DNA of 64,000 nt, taken from Octopus vulgaris (lineage: Eukaryota). Shown here one piece after another: positions 1 through 13,855 of the stretch; the stretch's first letter is position 1; every line of letters begins with the position of its first letter. The position numbers were made by a program, and so were the translations under genes. The notes beneath the pieces were generated by a model. That model was not told the origin of the DNA. It did no database searches and worked only from the letters and a program-made list of their open reading frames with translations. The DNA is taken from assembly GCA_951406725.2 (NCBI GenBank), contig OX597830.1, positions 31,124,001-31,188,000 of the forward strand, in the 5' to 3' direction.

Positions 1-41
<41 letters not shown>

Positions 42-539
42 TATGTATGTAAGTGCTTCTACACGCTTACACAGCTAGGTATGTGTGAAAAATAAAGTGA
101 GAAAAGGTTTTTTTTTTCTTTGTATGTTCTAACGTAGGCATGTAATGAACGTATTATCCAGCAGTGTGTGCGTTCACAAGCACACACACACACACACACA
201 TACACACATACACACATACACACACTCACTCACTCACACACACATAATGAGAGAAAAAGCTGAGCTGTCGGTGTGTGTGGGAGCTGTTTGAAGTGGAGGT
301 AATAGATGATGAGGAAGCAAGCAGTACGATAAGAAAGGTGCAGACAGCTCTTTCTACCGAAAATCCCTACAATCCACCACCACAGAAATGCTCTTTTTTT
401 TTTCCTTTTTGCAGACGATGAATGAGAGTCAGCTGTGTAGCCATCACATCGACCTGTAGAAGGAGCAAGTGAAGGAAGAGGCAAGGAGGAGCGAATAAAT
501 GAAAGATAGCAATGGCATGTAGTGTAATACGGTAGCGTA

Positions 540-596
<57 letters not shown>

Positions 597-748
597 TGTA
601 CGTGTGTGTGTGTGTGTGTGTATGTATGTATATGTGTGTGGCGGGACGGGAGGAGGAAGAGGAGCTGCTGGAGTATATGGGACAGAGTAGTTTTCTAAGC
701 TCCCCGATTCTACAATTCTGGGTTTGTCCCTCTATCAATTCTCTTCAT

Positions 749-809
<61 letters not shown>

Positions 810-1372
810 GAGGGAGGGAGGGAGACCTAGTTTTTCAGCAAGAAAATTTAGAAGTCGGTGTGTGCATTGTATAGGAAGGGCAGAAGGAGATAGCTAACCG
901 GGTTAGCGGAATGAAGGAACAAGATGCAACAACAGGACATATAAAGGACGTGAGTAGAAGAGATTCCATAGCACTATTCACAACGGCAACTGCAAGCCAA
1001 CATCATGACCTGGTCTACGCTGTGGGGCTCGTTTTGCTAGAAACAGCAACCGAATCTTCATCAAATTACACCTTGCTATCGAAAGGAACTACCGTCAATC
1101 GATAGAACACATTGTGTCATAAGTCGGCTAGGTTTTCTTCTACGTGATCGATCCACTGTGAGACTGTGGAAGTTCTGTGCTTTTAGCAAAATAGGGATGT
1201 GTAACCTGTCTACTTATACATCTGAGGAGACGGAAGTCGTAACATCTGGCCATGTTGTATGTAAGGCAATAAACACAGAAAGTTAAATTTGCATTCAAGC
1301 GCCGGTAAAATTTCTTAATTACATATCTGTGTACACGTACACATACATAGAACGAACATTATGGATGTTCTA

Positions 1373-1465
<93 letters not shown>
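1373..1465. repeat. (TATC)n microsatellite
   Basis: Perfect tetranucleotide run; similar (GATA)n runs at ~749-808 and ~20484-20568. Confidence 0.95.
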
Positions 1466-1730
1466 CATATATCTTGCACATACTGATAAGTGTGTGTGTG
1501 TGTACGTGTGTACTTGCAAATGTGTGTGTGTATGTGTGAGCGTGTGTGTGTGTGCGCGTGTGTGTGTGAATCTAGTAATTCATACAAAAGCAGGTCTAAG
1601 ATAAAAAGGAGAGACTTTCAGGTGTGGAAGTATAAACTCTGTTTACCGTGAATGGAGAGTGGGGTGTAATAAATGTGTATGTGTGTGTGTATATATATAT
1701 ACATACATATATATATATATACATACATAC

Positions 1731-1824
<94 letters not shown>

Positions 1825-2286
1825 AGTGTGCAACTATGCAGTTATGCATGTATGCAAATGTGTTTTGTCAGCAGAGATTCCACCGAAAGTCTCAGCAACA
1901 AAAGCAAGTAATAATGAGCAACAACGAAATTAATTAAATAACTTCAGATCTTTTTTTTCTTTTTTGTTGTTGTTGTTGCCCGTTTTTTTTTTCTTTTTAG
2001 TTTATATTTAATGTTCTTTTCGTTATTTTGCTTTTTTGTTTTTAATCAAAATCAACTTGAATAGAAAAGCAACCATAAGCCTACATCTGTTCTTATTAGT
2101 TTTATTTATTCATTTAAAATTTGTTAGTAGTTTTATTCTTTAATTTTTACATTTTGTTTTTGTTTTGTTCTTTTTTTGACAGACAATTGTGGCAGTTGAG
2201 TTGACGTGGACAAGTGTGTGTGTGCGTGTGTGCATATGTTGGTTGGAGGATGTATGTGTACGAACAGTTGGGAGTTTGAGAGATGG

Positions 2287-2339
<53 letters not shown>

Positions 2340-2364
2340 TAATTATGCATGTACAAGTGTGTGC

Positions 2365-2426
<62 letters not shown>

Positions 2427-2453
2427 GTATGTATGTATGTATATATATATATG

Positions 2454-2506
<53 letters not shown>
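2287..2506. repeat. Compound (CT)n/(TA)n/(TG)n microsatellite
   Basis: Read directly; representative of dozens of (CA)n/(TA)n/(GA)n tracts across the window. Confidence 0.9.
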
Positions 2507-2508
<2 letters not shown>

Positions 2509-2592
2509 CGGATATACTTAGAGACTGACAGGCGAACAGACAGACAGTAGCGAGGAAGCGACTGTTAGCTTATGTTTGTGCGTGAGTTATCT

Positions 2593-2623
<31 letters not shown>

Positions 2624-2864
2624 CAGCGTTAATGGGGGAGAATTTGAGAGTCGGAGAGATTAAGTAAACGTGTGAGTGGACATGAGGGTAAAGTATTGTA
2701 GAAATGAGAGGAGGGGAAGTTTGTAAAAGAAAGATAGAACGGACAGTTAAAGAGAGAGAGAGGGGGGAGGTAGTAAAAAGAGAGGGTGAGAATAGAAGTG
2801 GTTGGAACAAAAGGGAGGGGGGGGGGGCTAGTGTGCATTTGTGTAATAAAGTGTTTACGTATGT

Positions 2865-3035
2865 GTGTGTGCATGCGTGTGTCTTTGTGCTTGCTCCCCA
2901 ATGCCGCTTGACAACCGTGTTGGATTGTTTACATGTAACTAAGCGGTTCGGTTAAAAGGCCCGATAAAATAAATACCAGACGTCAGGTAAGTAACAAATA
3001 CAGAGGTCAATTCATTCGGCTAAAACTCGTCAAGT
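2865..3035 (+). mobile_element. 3' part of SINE family B
   Basis: CGCTTGACAACCG...GTAACTAAGCGGTTCGGTTAAAAGGCCCGATAAAATAAATACCAG matches 41415-41500. Confidence 0.6.
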
Positions 3036-3359
3036 GAAAAAAAAAAAAAAAAAGAAAGAAAGAAAGAAAGAAACTATAGAAGAATGAAGATATATAGACA
3101 CGTGTTAACTGGAAAGATGTAAAAAGAATACTCAATGCTAATAACAAATTTTAAACAAATAAGTGCAAAGTAATTTTATTTTACGCTGCTATTTCGAAAA
3201 TAGTTCTCCTTAGTATATCGATATCGATATAACTGTTGTTTCAAAAATAAACAGTGGGGGTTGATATTTAGAGTGGTTGAGAAGAATTTATTATGCAAAC
3301 TTATGATAAGTATAAGAACATATTGTGTGTGTGTGCGCGCGAGCGAGTGTACCTGTAGC

Positions 3360-3710
3360 TCCGGAATGCACAGAGATGATGGCTTAGCAATCTCAGAATA
3401 TAAGCGGCCATACCGTGTGCAGATTTAAAAATCATTAAGGGATATTCAAGGAATTTTACTTAAGCATAACAATTAACACTTACTTAAAGTATAAAAGACT
3501 TCTAATAACACTAGATTTTAAATACGAGCAAAATCCTACAGAACCCGAGAATATGTAGGACAGTGATAGATCTCTTCGCAAACAAGAGACTTATTTAACA
3601 GGTCAGCCTCTTAAGCGACTTTAGTGAAAAGCTAGTATATATGGAGGAGACACCACCCACTCCGTACCAGACCATAACCAGAAAAAGAAGATAATCTGGT
3701 TTAATTGGAC
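3360..3710 (+). mobile_element. Decayed Penelope-like retroelement reverse transcriptase fragment (frameshifted)
   Basis: Manual translation gives GMHRDDGLAI from 3363 (YRDDGL-type active site), then GIFKEFYLSITINTYLK, ITLDF and RKR..IIWFN in shifting frames. This motif order is typical of Penelope-like RTs. Confidence 0.6.
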
Positions 3711-4703
3711 GTTACCACGAACATAACCAGAGATGTCACTTGAAGTAGCAAGTGGTGAGGACATTGGTGTTATCTTTCGTCATCGAATGCTTCTACAGAC
3801 AGCTTCGAAATGCCACCGGTTTTAACATGCGTCGTTGAATGGAACTCCGCGTGAAAACGTTCTTAAACAATAATTGTTTCTCAGTATAATCTACACCCTC
3901 TATCAGTGCTCATTCTTTTTCTTTTCCATTTGTGAACATAAAATTACCACACACACACACACACACATACATACATGCATACAGACATATAATGCATCTA
4001 TACATTTATCCTACAAGGTAACAACTGCGAACATGCTTCGGTTTTATTAAACCTCTTAATGAAGTGTAGACTAACGCACACTTGATGCATCACAGAAACG
4101 ACCGTAAGGATAAGGTCCTTTTTTTTACTTTTTGCATGAAGATCAATTCACCTAATTAGGCAATTTAAAATAATGACATTGGTAAAATTCCCACGAGTGT
4201 CTTCTGCATGAAAAACATACAGTTAAGTGCGAGTTAACATACTTAGTGTAGTGAGCCAAGAATAATTTTTAACCAATCGAAATTTAACTCGTAATGAGAA
4301 GTAAAAAAAAAGTCATTAACGTTAATGATAATTTCCTCACACACGCACACAGCTGTATTAATGCATTAAATTAATGTGTTTGTTGCTGTTGCTGTCGTCT
4401 AACTAAAAAGTCATATTGACATTTTCATTTTCATCAACGTCCATCACTTCAACTACCATTACTAACCACTGTTATTACTACCATCAGCGCTGTCAGTCGA
4501 CGCCTCCGTCACTTCTCGTCAGCAACCACCACCACCACCACCACCACCATCGCCACTTCTCGACCGGTCTGTCTAAAAGTCTTCTTAGGCGTTCAACATT
4601 TTGACTACTAATTAATTACGAAGCAGTAATTATGACAACTGACCAACGCCCATGCGTAGTCTCAAGTGACCAGCACACACACACAGACACACACAGACAC
4701 ACA

Positions 4704-4737
<34 letters not shown>

Positions 4738-7577
4738 TACAAACGTAAGTATATGTGCATGCGGAAATGTACATAGATTTTAACACTGCCCAACCGACAC
4801 ACACACACACAGAGTCATACACATTTATATACACATTTATATATACCCAGGAAAGGTTTTAATATAAAACGAATGAAACAATTACAATTGTAGAAAGAAA
4901 ACAGATAAACCAAAGAAAAGTGAAGGTTTTAAAACGAAAAAAGGTTGGGGAGAAGGAAATACGCAACAGTCACAAATCTGTGATGGGGAAATCGTTGAAA
5001 AACTTGCAGCTTCTCTTTATGCCCTGATCACATATTCAGATTTGGAACTACTTAATTATGGTACCAAATGTTTACGCTTTAATCTAGACGAGTTTGGCAC
5101 TTTCGAATAGTGCAGTAGAACAGCTCATTAAATATTTGCAAACTTGTCCTACATACATGTGAGACAATAAAGACGATGACATACAGACGACTCGTGAGAT
5201 TCGTTACTACAGATTGCAACCGAAGAAATCTACGGTGGATAATGGAAATGCTAGAAACAGCAGCCAGAGTCTCCTCCCACAGATCACATCTTAACCGATT
5301 CAAAAACAAGAAAAAAAAGTCACATTGGCTAATGTAATCCAAGATGCGCTATGTCAAGATACGATAGAAACAAAGACAAAATTTACAAGTATGTGATCAT
5401 GTGTCTGCCCGGTCAGGACCGACTTGAGGTTAAACAACAACTACCACCACCACCACCACCATCACCACCACCACCACAACAACAACAACCGGTTTATTGT
5501 TATCTGATTTTTCTGGAGATTATTCAAGTATACATATCTACTGGGCAGAACTCCAGAATAAATGTTTAATGACATCTAGTTGGCATCACTCGGTGAACGA
5601 TGTAAGCTAGATGTCTTCCACTCTCATCACTGGGTCTTCAGTAACAACTACACTGTATTCAAATGTATACAGGGGACTCTATTCTATTCTCCCTTTTCTT
5701 CGGTTATAAGTCTAGTTATGTAACAACGTGCGTCGCTGTTTTTGTTTAACCCCAGGCCAATACTGATCCAGCAGACTTACGGTCAAAAGCACCACACTGA
5801 TTTCCCGTCTTTGTCTCAGATACAGTGTGGAGTGTCATTAAGTGAGATAAGGGAACTGTTTCAAACAGCCTCAGCAACCCCTATAGAAGCTCTTCAAGTG
5901 AACGGCAACGCATATTACTTGAGACATATCTGGTGGTAAGATTCTCTAAGAAAGAATAGATCAAAACGTTCTAACTCACATACTTCCAAAATTAAAGCAA
6001 TTACAGCCAGACGGGCGGGAAAGAACGTCTATTACACAGCAAAGAAGTAATTGGACCACTTCTTACTCTTAGTAAATAAGGTTTGAGGCTCAAAGTGTCT
6101 TCTGAAATATAGCTAAGCTTTTCAACAGAGGAAAAGTGTTAGTATGTATGTGTCAGTAAATCTGGTTTGTGTAAAGACTGAAAAAGTGTGACGTTTCGGA
6201 CATGTATCTATCGGCAGAGTAATAAGGTAATTCTGGATTTTATAACTATTATTGTCGGAACAGATCGTCAACTGTTCCCTCGAGTTCCAGATTTAATGTT
6301 TCCAAAACACATCTGTCAAAAGTGGACAGCTTCCCGTCCAGATATACTGACAGCTTAACTATTTATAAAACAAACGACGAATGCTTTGAAGGTATTCTGA
6401 TCACCCACCACGCTGATACTTAGAGAAGATGTATCTTAACCAGAGACATTGTTTCTTTTCTTTCACTCAACTCCCACGTGCTGGAAATTAGTTCAAGATT
6501 CTCTTCTTTCATCGAATGTATTTGAGCTATAACTCAGCCGGTCCAGCGAAGCCAGATAAACCCTGTCAAAATTTCTTGTATGCAGAACCCTTCACACAAT
6601 CACACAATCAGTGAGAACGAGTCAGTCACGAAATCACCAGTAGCATGAGTTAAATAAACAAACAGCTAGAACCTTATCAAGCGCGTTGAAAGCTGCCTCT
6701 TGAGATCTAAACAAGGTTGACGTGAAAACAGAAAGTATATAAAAAGGGACAAGATGGGTTAAACATGATTTAGTAACATATGACCCCACGCTAATTTTTA
6801 CAGGAGAGTCTGTTGACAGTTAGTGGTGATTTGGTTTTGACCAATCAAAGCACTGTAAAATCCTTACTCCCTACCATGTCTAACAATATTGAAGTTATGA
6901 ACAAAGAGAAAACGAGAGAATGAAACGAAGACACGGAATACAGAACTGCAGTGTCCTTGGATAAAGTACTGAATCCCTTATTTTTGTTCTTTAGCCCCAG
7001 ATTACTAATAATCTGACGAAACTAATACTATTCTAATGGTAACAATCCCGTTTTCCTTCCAGTCTAGTGTATCTACGAGTTACACAATCCAAAGGGTTCT
7101 ATACCAGTTTTTTAAAGACATAATATAATCTGAAAGGATTTAGCTGCTACTTCTAGCAGGACGGGTGACCACGTTGAATTGCCTTCAACAGAAAATGAAT
7201 TTCTCTTGTATACCACTATGGTAAGAATAATTCCATCACAGGATGTCGAATAGCATGGGAGATCAGACGAGAATCAAGGAATGTGCATTTAAACCCAAAA
7301 CACAACAGCATTTTTAAAAATCATATGAACAACCAGCCGGTAAAGTATACCAGCTAAGAAAGGAGAAAAGCGTGCTTGCTGGAAGTCGTGACATAAGAAA
7401 GATTTCACCATCTCAAAAAAAGCCACTGTAAAGTGGCCAAAAGTACTTTCACTATGATTGTACTATAATGCCCATAATATTGAATATCTGTGAGGAACAA
7501 TACATACACACTGTACATACATACTTACTTACTTACATGCATGCATGCATGCACATATACATACATACATACATACA

Positions 7578-7608
<31 letters not shown>

Positions 7609-7619
7609 CACTTCAGCTA

Positions 7620-7770
7620 TGTAACTGCACGTATGCCGTTAGCGATTTTATTTTCCTTCTTTGAACTTCTCCTTTTTCTCCTTTCCGACGAAGAGCTATG
7701 CTCGAAACGTCAAACTCTCTTTCACCTGGCGTCAAGCTAATACATTTTTTGTGCACATCCTCACGTTCAT
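7620..7770 (+). mobile_element. Penelope-type terminal repeat fragment with minimal hammerhead-like motif
   Basis: CCGACGA-A-GAGC-TAT-GCTC-GAAAC-GTC at 7685-7711, followed by CGTCAAGCTAATACA; homologous to 19320-19470 on the opposite strand. Confidence 0.5.
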
Positions 7771-7795
7771 TTTTTTATTCGTTTATTTGAATTGA

Positions 7796-7837
<42 letters not shown>

Positions 7838-8449
7838 CCCCTTCATATGCACACGCGCGCATCTCACTGGCACCGGAAGCAGGTTCATAGAACTCTTCCA
7901 ATTCGACCACCTGTTCCTCCCCATCTTGGTTTTCTGTAAAACGTCTGAGGTGTGAACTTATGTTGTTGATAAGACATTTTGAATCTACCACCACCACCAC
8001 CACCACCACCACAACCTCCTCCTTCACTACCGTCCCCATCACACCACGCCGCCACAACGCAACAAACTCTGCAGCTTCAGTAATTAAAGATTCTTGCCAG
8101 CTCTGCCACAGAAGAAAGTCAGAGGCTGCGACATCTAGCGCCTAAGTAAAAGCTGTATAATACAATTAGCAACGACTGCTTGACGACCTTAAACTGCAGT
8201 TTGTGCAGCAAAGAAACAGAGAAACCAGACAAAAAGAGATTGAGAATATATATATATATAATAATAACAACAATAATAATGATAATAATAACAATAACGA
8301 TAGCAACAACAATAATTATGAATAATAACGATGATAACAATATTGATGGTGGTTTGGCGGCTCTGATGTTAGTGGTAATTAATGACAGTTGCAGCAAGTG
8401 GTGATGAGGTCCCTGGTTGTAGTGGTGATGACTGTGACGTAAGTACAGA

Positions 8450-8450
8450 A

Positions 8451-8494
<44 letters not shown>

Positions 8495-8517
8495 CGATGA
8501 CGACGACGACGATGATG
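8450..8517. repeat. (GAT/GAC)n microsatellite
   Basis: Read directly; source of the poly-D/poly-M/poly-S pseudo-ORFs. Confidence 0.95.
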
Positions 8518-8581
8518 CTAGTACTATCGGAGTTGGTGGGGAAGACAATATCATCGACGGTACATGTAGCTTTCCTTTATT

Positions 8582-8645
<64 letters not shown>

Positions 8646-8796
8646 CCTGAGAGAACAAAAAATTTAGTGAACAGCAAATTACATACACAGTCTACATACA
8701 TACATACATACATATATATATTAATACATACGTTCCCATACATACATGTAGTTCATACACCACCAATTATATTTCAATGTTGAGACCACACGCACT

Positions 8797-8857
<61 letters not shown>

Positions 8858-9092
8858 ACTCATACACACAGAACTCTATGCTAAACCGTGGTACTGCCAC
8901 CATCAGAGAGGGGCAGAATCCAGCACAGTCTCTCTACCACTCCTTATTACAACGACAACGCCGGTTGGCAGAGGAACTAACTAGACGGCTGGGCTAATTG
9001 TTAAATCTCAGTGTATTGCAAGCGTTATTGCTAATTGTTATAGAGTAGAGGAGGTTAGTTAATTTGAGGAAAGAGGTCACTGGTTGCAGTAG

Positions 9093-9123
<31 letters not shown>

Positions 9124-10492
9124 GAAGATGATTGTAGTGGTGGTTGGTAGCGGTTGGTGGCGGTGGTGGTGGAGATGACGGAGAGAAATTGCATTGAACG
9201 AAACGGAACGGAAACTTAGAGAAGAGAGGTCATAAAGAAGAAGAAAAAAAATCCACTCCTAAACTTAATAACTACAACAATTACAATAACAACAGCAACA
9301 AAAGGTCATCAACATCCAGTGTCAGTTCGATGTTAGGAGAAATACATTTTTGTTTTTCAGTCTGAAATTGCTTGAATTTCTTTTTTGTTTTTTTGTTTTG
9401 TTTAGAAACTTCATTATAACTCTTGAAATCTTTCATTCTAGGTCATGAGAATCCAAAATGGCCGAATAGAGATAAAATACTGGACGGCCATCTTTAGCAA
9501 TATAGGGTTCAAATATACTTATTGTAGGTGTTCGGTTTTTGGAGGGAAGAGTTAGCTCTACATGAGCTCAGATAACCTAGCCTTTGAAGCGGATGAAAAA
9601 AAATATATATATATTTGTGTTCTAGGATGAGAGAAGTTAGCTGTGTTCTATCCAAGGGGAGATTTATCTCTCGTCTACATAACATTAAGAAAACTGGGGC
9701 TGAGTAGCAGTGCTATGGATCCTTGTGACTTGGCAAGTGTTAGCTTTACATCTTATAACCAAACGACGTAAGGCGCCTGCAGATGTGAGACACAACTCTG
9801 ATAAAGAGCCCAGCTATTATCATAGACAAATCTCTGGTGCTTTCAGCTTAACGCTAAGACACTGTCCTCTGCAGATCTCTGGTATGTTAGCTTAACGTCA
9901 ATACACCACAGCACCTATAAATACATCTTCGATATTTTGGATTAACTCTATTTGACAGCCGATGGAGTAGCAAAAGTAACAACAACAAAAAAAGTATTAT
10001 AAATGTCTGTGGGGTTTGAACACAAAAGCAAAACGAAAATGTAACTAAATACCACAATCATTTCACCCTGTCCTCTTGCGATTTCGCCAATACTGGGAAC
10101 TTTGTAATATCAGTTCTCAGAGAATTCAAACAACGATAACAAACTGTGTTAAGAATGAGCCGGGCAATGGAGACGAAAGGAATAATTGTTCAAAGAATTC
10201 AAACCTCAAACCAGTAAGGGTTCGAGAGAGAGAGAGAGAGAGAGATAGAGAGAGAGAGAGAAAGGGGAAAAAACGAGAGAGAGAGAGAAAACACGTCACT
10301 TCTAAAACTAAATTAAAACAATAATAAACACGTCCCGGTACTGCATAAACATCTAGGATATCGAAGGAGTGGAGGGGCAAAGAAGGGGGAGGGAGCAGCA
10401 CGAGACTGACATCATCGGTTGTAACAGATCATGATTGGACGTTCATTGACATGACTAATATGTCGAACAATTAACAGTTATTAGATGTATTC

Positions 10493-10545
<53 letters not shown>

Positions 10546-11102
10546 CGACTTCAACAACAATAACAGAAACGTCGGCATTGGCATCATCATCATCATCGCC
10601 ACCTTCGTGCCATTATCGGTGCCATCACCGCGTCATGATCAGGCCACACCACCACCACCATCCATCCATATCAACCTCATCTAATCCAAGTATTTATGAC
10701 CACACCTGCCATTACTATTAAAATCTCTGTTACCATCACTACCAACATTATTACCCCCCAATGCTTCCACTATTGTCATTTACCATTCCCAGGACCACTA
10801 TCATCACTGCTTCCATCATAAGAGTCATCGTCATCACCATTCTAATTCTAATTATCATAACGATGTAATTTTGCAATCATCGATGATATATCAGTGCAGA
10901 ATCGGGGGTGAAGTCCACGGAAACTTGAAGACCCTTTAGGGCCTTGCTGCAATGGATCAAATCGCGTTGGTACCAAGATGCTTCCCCACTACCAATCGGA
11001 GACATTCGTGAAATACCAGTCATATAATAGGATTAGACTCAATCGATTACATTCACATATCTCATCCTTGCATTGCTCTACGTTCCTACAATACATTTTG
11101 TG

Positions 11103-11297
11103 GTTGTTTAGCCCTGGGTCTCTCTTGGCCGAACATATCTATTCTATGGTCAGGAAGATTCCAACCATGACTTGTTCTGCCCTTTCCTCAGTCATTACCC
11201 AAAGTGTCCCTTCTTTCTCAGAATGCTAAGGTGTAATTTAAGGGAGGTTTCAGTGTTATTTGTAATGGGGTCGAGGAATCACAGTGATGCTCCCTCG
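11103..11297 (-). mobile_element. SINE-like family C copy (reverse orientation)
   Basis: GTTGTTTAGCCCTGGGTC...ATTCCAACCATGAC...TTACCCAAAGTGTCCC...GGTGTAATTTAAGGGAGGTTT..TGTTATTT. Confidence 0.65.
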
Positions 11298-12079
11298 ATA
11301 TACCACTTTAAGAACTGCAATAAATTGTTTAGTGATGGACCGTGACCTTGATTTGGTTTCAATCTAGTCAGAAGATACAAACACACAGTTAAAGAGAAAG
11401 AGTGTGTGAAAGTATTGAAGGTTGAGAAGGAAAATATCAGAGAGAGAGAGAGAGAGACAGACAGAGAAAGAGGGGGAGAAAAACATTAAAAAAGTGAGTT
11501 AAAAGTAAAAGAAACCAAGATAAAGTATAAACGAAGAAAGTAAAAGGAGGAGGAAATGAAAAAGGGGAAAAAGAATGAGAGAGGGAAAGTATGAGTGAAA
11601 GAGTAATGAAGGGGTTTGTAATTACTTGTAAAAGTGATTATACATATGTCCTGTCCAATGAGTGGGATTAGTAAGGGATTAAAAATAAAAGATTAGGATT
11701 AGAGAACAGGTGGAAATGGAAGTGGGTGGTGAAAGGAAAGCGTTTGACATATTGAGATGTCTTGAACGACAACGTCAACAACAACAATATGCATAATAAT
11801 ATTTTCTCATATAGGCGTGAAACAATGGCGGGAGAGTGAAGTGGGACGTTGGGACATTCATGCTTATTCTTGAACTGTTTGTTATTAGCAAAGTGAAGGG
11901 GAAATACTGAAATCGGAACTGGATTGTGTGGACTTGCTGAGAACTGTCGTCTCTTTGGTAGAACTTGATAATACTTATGCAATGCTGCTGCTGCTGCTAC
12001 TGCTGCTGCTGCTACTGCTGCTGCTGCTGATGATAATTATGATGATGATGATCGCGGTGGTGTTGGTAATAAGGATGGT

Positions 12080-12309
12080 GGCGAGCTGGCAGAAACGTTA
12101 GCACGCCGGGCGAAATGCGTAGCCGTATTTCGTCTGCCGCTACATTCTGAGTTCAAATTCCGCCGAGGTCGACTTTGCCTTTCATCCTTTCGGGGTCGAT
12201 TAATTAAGTACCAGTTACGCACTGGGGTCGATATAATCGACTTAATCCGTTTGTCTGTCCTTGTTTGTCCTCTCTGTGTTTAGCCCCTTGTGGGTAGTAA
12301 AGAAATAGA
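12080..12309 (+). mobile_element. Young full-length tRNA-derived SINE (family A, Deu/Nin-like central domain) with target-site duplication
   Basis: A-box-like AGCTGGCAGAA, B-box GAGTTCAAATTCC, central GGTCGACTTTGCCTTTCATCCTTTCGGGGTCGAT..AAGTACCAG; identical flanking direct repeat TAATAAGGATGGTGG at 12067-12081 and 12310-12324; CpGs intact. Confidence 0.85.
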
Positions 12310-13400
12310 TAATAAGGATGGTGGTGATGGTGGTGACGCGGAATTTCGAGAAAAAGTCAATTTCATAAAGAATGTGCTTTACCATGACAGAATCAAAATC
12401 CAGCAACTTATGTTGTTGTCTTACTTGCTCGGCAAGCAGAGAACACGTGAGCTGAGAAAGTGGCCGGACATAAAAAAGATATGTGTGTGTTTTTGAGAGA
12501 CACAGACAATTGTATTCATGTAGATATAATATATTGATGTAAATGGACAATGAGTGTTAGGCGAAAAAGAGGAAGGTGTTATAGCTGCAGAGAAAGAACA
12601 AGGAAGACATGGGGGGTGAAAGTGATGAGATTGGACACTATGATGGATGCTGAGCCATGCGGTCTAGATGCCAGAGGATTGTGATGACAGGTGATACATA
12701 CTGGATTGCAAAAATGTCCAACCCATGACAGCATAGAAAAGTCGGACGTTAAAACAAACTCGATGATGATGATGATAAGAAAAATGATAGCTTATTAGAT
12801 TAAGTGATGGCTACAACTTTGTAAAGAGGAAGAAGTATATAGAGAATTAAATCCACCACAGTAGATTACTGGTATTACTAATTTTATCGACTGTAAGGTT
12901 AAATTGACCCTAATGGAATCTGAACCTATAATTTAGAGAAACAAAAGTGAAATAATTGAAAGTATGATAATCTGGAAATAATTCCAGCCTCCAATTATAT
13001 ACTGATACCTATCTAATTATTTTGCAGAAAAAATTTTTTTTTCAAGATATAAGAGAGAGCTGACGTTGCCAAAAATGAGTCCGTAGAGATATAGTATTAG
13101 TATTTACAGAGAAAATTAGACAAAAAAAAAAAAAAAGCCTTGCTTTCATTAACGTAATTTTAGATTTTTTTAAAGAAAAGTAAAATATCCTCATTGAAAT
13201 AATTCTTTATTTTGATGAGGCAGTAGTCTAAAAGTTTACTCAGAGAAATGAGATTAAGCAACGTTGATTAATAGCTTTCCTAAGGGTAGTGGTAGCATAA
13301 GCGAGGTTTGAACAAGAAATCGTACTGTGCACTTTCTCTTGCAAGTGGTTCCGCAAAAGAATCGAAATGAGGATGTTTGGACCTGATTAGGTGAGAATTT

Positions 13401-13439
<39 letters not shown>

Positions 13440-13558
13440 CTAATACTATAAGAAAGAGAAGGGGAACACTAATTTAGTGATAAAGAGATAAGGAACAATA
13501 GGTGTAAGATGACAAGTTCAGAAATTATAAGGCTACATTAAAAAACAAAAACAATATC

Positions 13559-13646
<88 letters not shown>
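13559..13646. repeat. (AAT)n microsatellite
   Basis: Perfect trinucleotide run; similar runs at 10494-10545, 36473-36528 and 39848-39921. Confidence 0.95.
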
Positions 13647-13824
13647 GCTAATACATAAATGAGAAAGAACAGAGGCAATAAATGTAATTAAAATGAAACA
13701 AAGATAGCACAACAGGTGAGAAAGCCGAACAAAGCAAATTAAAGCAGACAAGAAACGAAGAAAGAAACAGATAATTGTGTGCGTGCTTGTGTGTGTGTGT
13801 GTGTGTGTGTGTGTGGATGTGCGT

Positions 13825-13855
<31 letters not shown>

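Noticed and set aside
8382-8783. 133-aa acidic poly-D ORF
   Set aside because: Built from (GAT)n, (TA)n and (TG)n microsatellites; no domain content.
12080-12170. tRNA gene
   Set aside because: A/B boxes belong to a SINE head; no complete cloverleaf, and it continues into a SINE body with a TSD.
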